Source of the DNA: Thalia democratica
Taxonomy: Eukaryota
NCBI GenBank assembly: GCA_965202585.1
Contig: OZ241830.1
Coordinates: 44,392,001 to 44,456,000, forward strand
Direction of reading: 5' to 3'
DNA length: 64,000 nucleotides
Part shown: piece by piece, positions 62,167 through 64,000 of the stretch
Position numbering within the stretch: position 1 is the first letter of the stretch
Layout: every line of letters starts with the position of its first letter
The notes under the pieces: generated by a model
The model's input: only the letters and a program-made list of their open reading frames with translations
Database searches by the model: none
Told to the model about the DNA's origin: nothing
Position numbers and translations under genes: made by a program

Positions 62167-63004
62167 GTTCGTTTCGACTTCGCAGAATATTTTGATAAAT
62201 TGTAGGAGCTCACTGGTAACACAACTAAAATACTGGTATGTAGCGGTTATAAATAAATGTTTGGTTTATTGATACTTATAATAAATTTGAAATGTTTCAT
62301 AAATATACTTCGTTATCACTTTTTAAGCAAATAACAGGGTTCGTGCACGTCAGGCTAAGTCAGGCTAAATCAGTTTTTTTGAAAAAAGTTGAAAAACGTC
62401 AGGCTAAATCAGTTTTTTTATTTAAAAATTTGAGAATCTCAGTTTTTCTCAGTTCAAATGCTTCAAAATTTTTGATTAAAAAGAATTGAGAAATATTTTT
62501 AAGATTAAATTAAGATGTGAATTTATTTCTAAATAATGATTTAGTTATTAAAGACAAAATCAGTCAGAATTTGTAAAAATAAATGCTTAAATCCTTTTGT
62601 TGAATCTCTTAAAAAAATTTAAGAATCTTCATTATTTTGTTTTGAGTAGATTATATACGTCATAATTATGAAAATTCATAAAGAAAATACAGTATAAAAA
62701 AATTAGAGTTTAGTTCAACAACTTAGCTGTTTGTTTGAATTTCAATACTCGTGTAAGCGTTTCATTTAAGTTTTAATAAAACACGACAATGCACGTCGTT
62801 TTGTTAAAAATATTCTGGTTATAATGTTTTTTACTTAGTGCTTAATTAAATTGAACAATTGCGTTTAGTAATATATATTAAACTTTTACACTAGTATTAG
62901 ATATAACACTTATTTTAAAACTTATCACTGAATTTGTTATGTTAAGGGCATAGGGGGGTAAATCACCATTTTCACAATATCGTCTTATTTTATTGAGTTG
63001 TAAC

Positions 63005-63268
63005 TAGTGATGTACCGGACCCAAAATTTTGGGTCCGGCCGGATCTGGACTTTTTTTTCAAATCAGAATCCGGCCGGAACCGGATCCGGACTTTTTTTTC
63101 AAATTAGAATCCTGCCGGAACTGGATCCGGACTTTTTGTTTTCAAATTAGAACCCGGCCGGAACCGGTTCCGGACTTTTTTTTTAAATTAGAGTCCGGCC
63201 GGATCCGGATATCAGACAAAAATGGTAATATCCGGCCGGACCCGGATAGTGAGTCCGGTACATCATTA
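63005..63268. mobile_element. hAT-like MITE with CCGGA-rich internal repeats
   Basis: TIR TA(G/A)TGATGTACCGGAC; degenerate 8-bp TSD GTTGTAAC/GTATAAAC. Confidence 0.7.
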
Positions 63269-63269
63269 G

Positions 63270-63705
63270 TATAAACTAGCCTGAGTCAGAATGAGGTTTT
63301 TAAAAACTAAAAAAAAAGAACTTTAATCTAATAATAAGTAGAACAGCTAGCCACAAGGTTTACAAATTTAGGTGTTATTTACAATTAAAAATCTGAAATC
63401 AAGTTCTTGAACAAAATACACTAGAAAATTACAAAATATTGAAAACTGGATCAGCTCAAACTCATTCAAAATCTAAAAGAAAACTAGCCTGAGTTTTTAT
63501 AAAAAACTAAACTAGCTTGAGGCAGTCCAAGATTTTCTAAAATTCCTAAAAATTTTCAAACTAGCAGGGTTGCCGCTGTTTAAGTCAATAAAACTAGCTA
63601 GAGTAAGTATAAACAAGCCTGAGTCAGAATGAGGTTTTTAAAAACTGAAAAGATTACTTTAATCTAATAATCAGATAACAGCTAGCAAAGGTTGACAATT
63701 TGGTA
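63270..63705 (+). repeat. Imperfect direct repeat of about 100 bp, period about 340 bp
   Basis: AGCCTGAGTCAGAATGAGGTTTT...TTTAATCTAATAAT...ACAGCTAGC at about 63272 and 63610. Confidence 0.55.
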
Positions 63706-64000
63706 GTAAAGTTGTGGACTGATTGTGGTACACTTAACTTATTAGTACTACCCATCATAATTAAATCCTACCTTATTTAATTAATATCTAACAAATACTA
63801 AATTCAAACTGAGACTACTTTCTATAATCAGACACGACAGTTTTGAGTGATGAATCTTTTATATAAAACACAACAAGAAATACTAGCATATACAAAATTA
63901 TTAATTACTTTGGTAAAACTTTAAAAACTGGGAGCTATTTAAATCTATATAAAAAGACTTAAAACAATATACTAAAAATCAAATAAAACTTTTAGTAAAC

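Noticed and set aside
63029-63274. 81-aa GC-rich ORF
   Set aside because: Translation of the CCGGA repeats of a MITE
62167-64000. Next CNBD3 exon or gene end
   Set aside because: No phase-compatible exon with CNBD motifs was found; the gene presumably continues beyond the window

Overview
AT-rich, repeat-dense animal genomic DNA; the style suggests a Hydra-like hydrozoan (inference). Most of the window is one + strand gene. I joined 31 coding exons by hand (4612-62166, about 1790 codons, reading phase consistent at every junction). They encode three tandem 6TM + K+ pore (GYGD/GYGD/GYGE) + C-linker/CNBD repeats, and the third runs off the window. This is the architecture of the four-repeat CNGK/tetraKCNG K+-selective cyclic-nucleotide-gated channel. 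The introns hold three tRNA genes, hAT and MULE-type non-autonomous elements, and two decayed Penelope-like retroelements with hammerhead-like motifs. They also hold an intronless ORF with a UBXN7-like UAS domain. The most unusual feature is a 7.7 kb foldback-like element with inverted 15-bp arrays. Inside it, a near-identical LTR-like direct-repeat pair flanks an intact 607-aa ORF, in which a gag-like region is fused to a Y-box cold-shock domain. No pol gene is visible.
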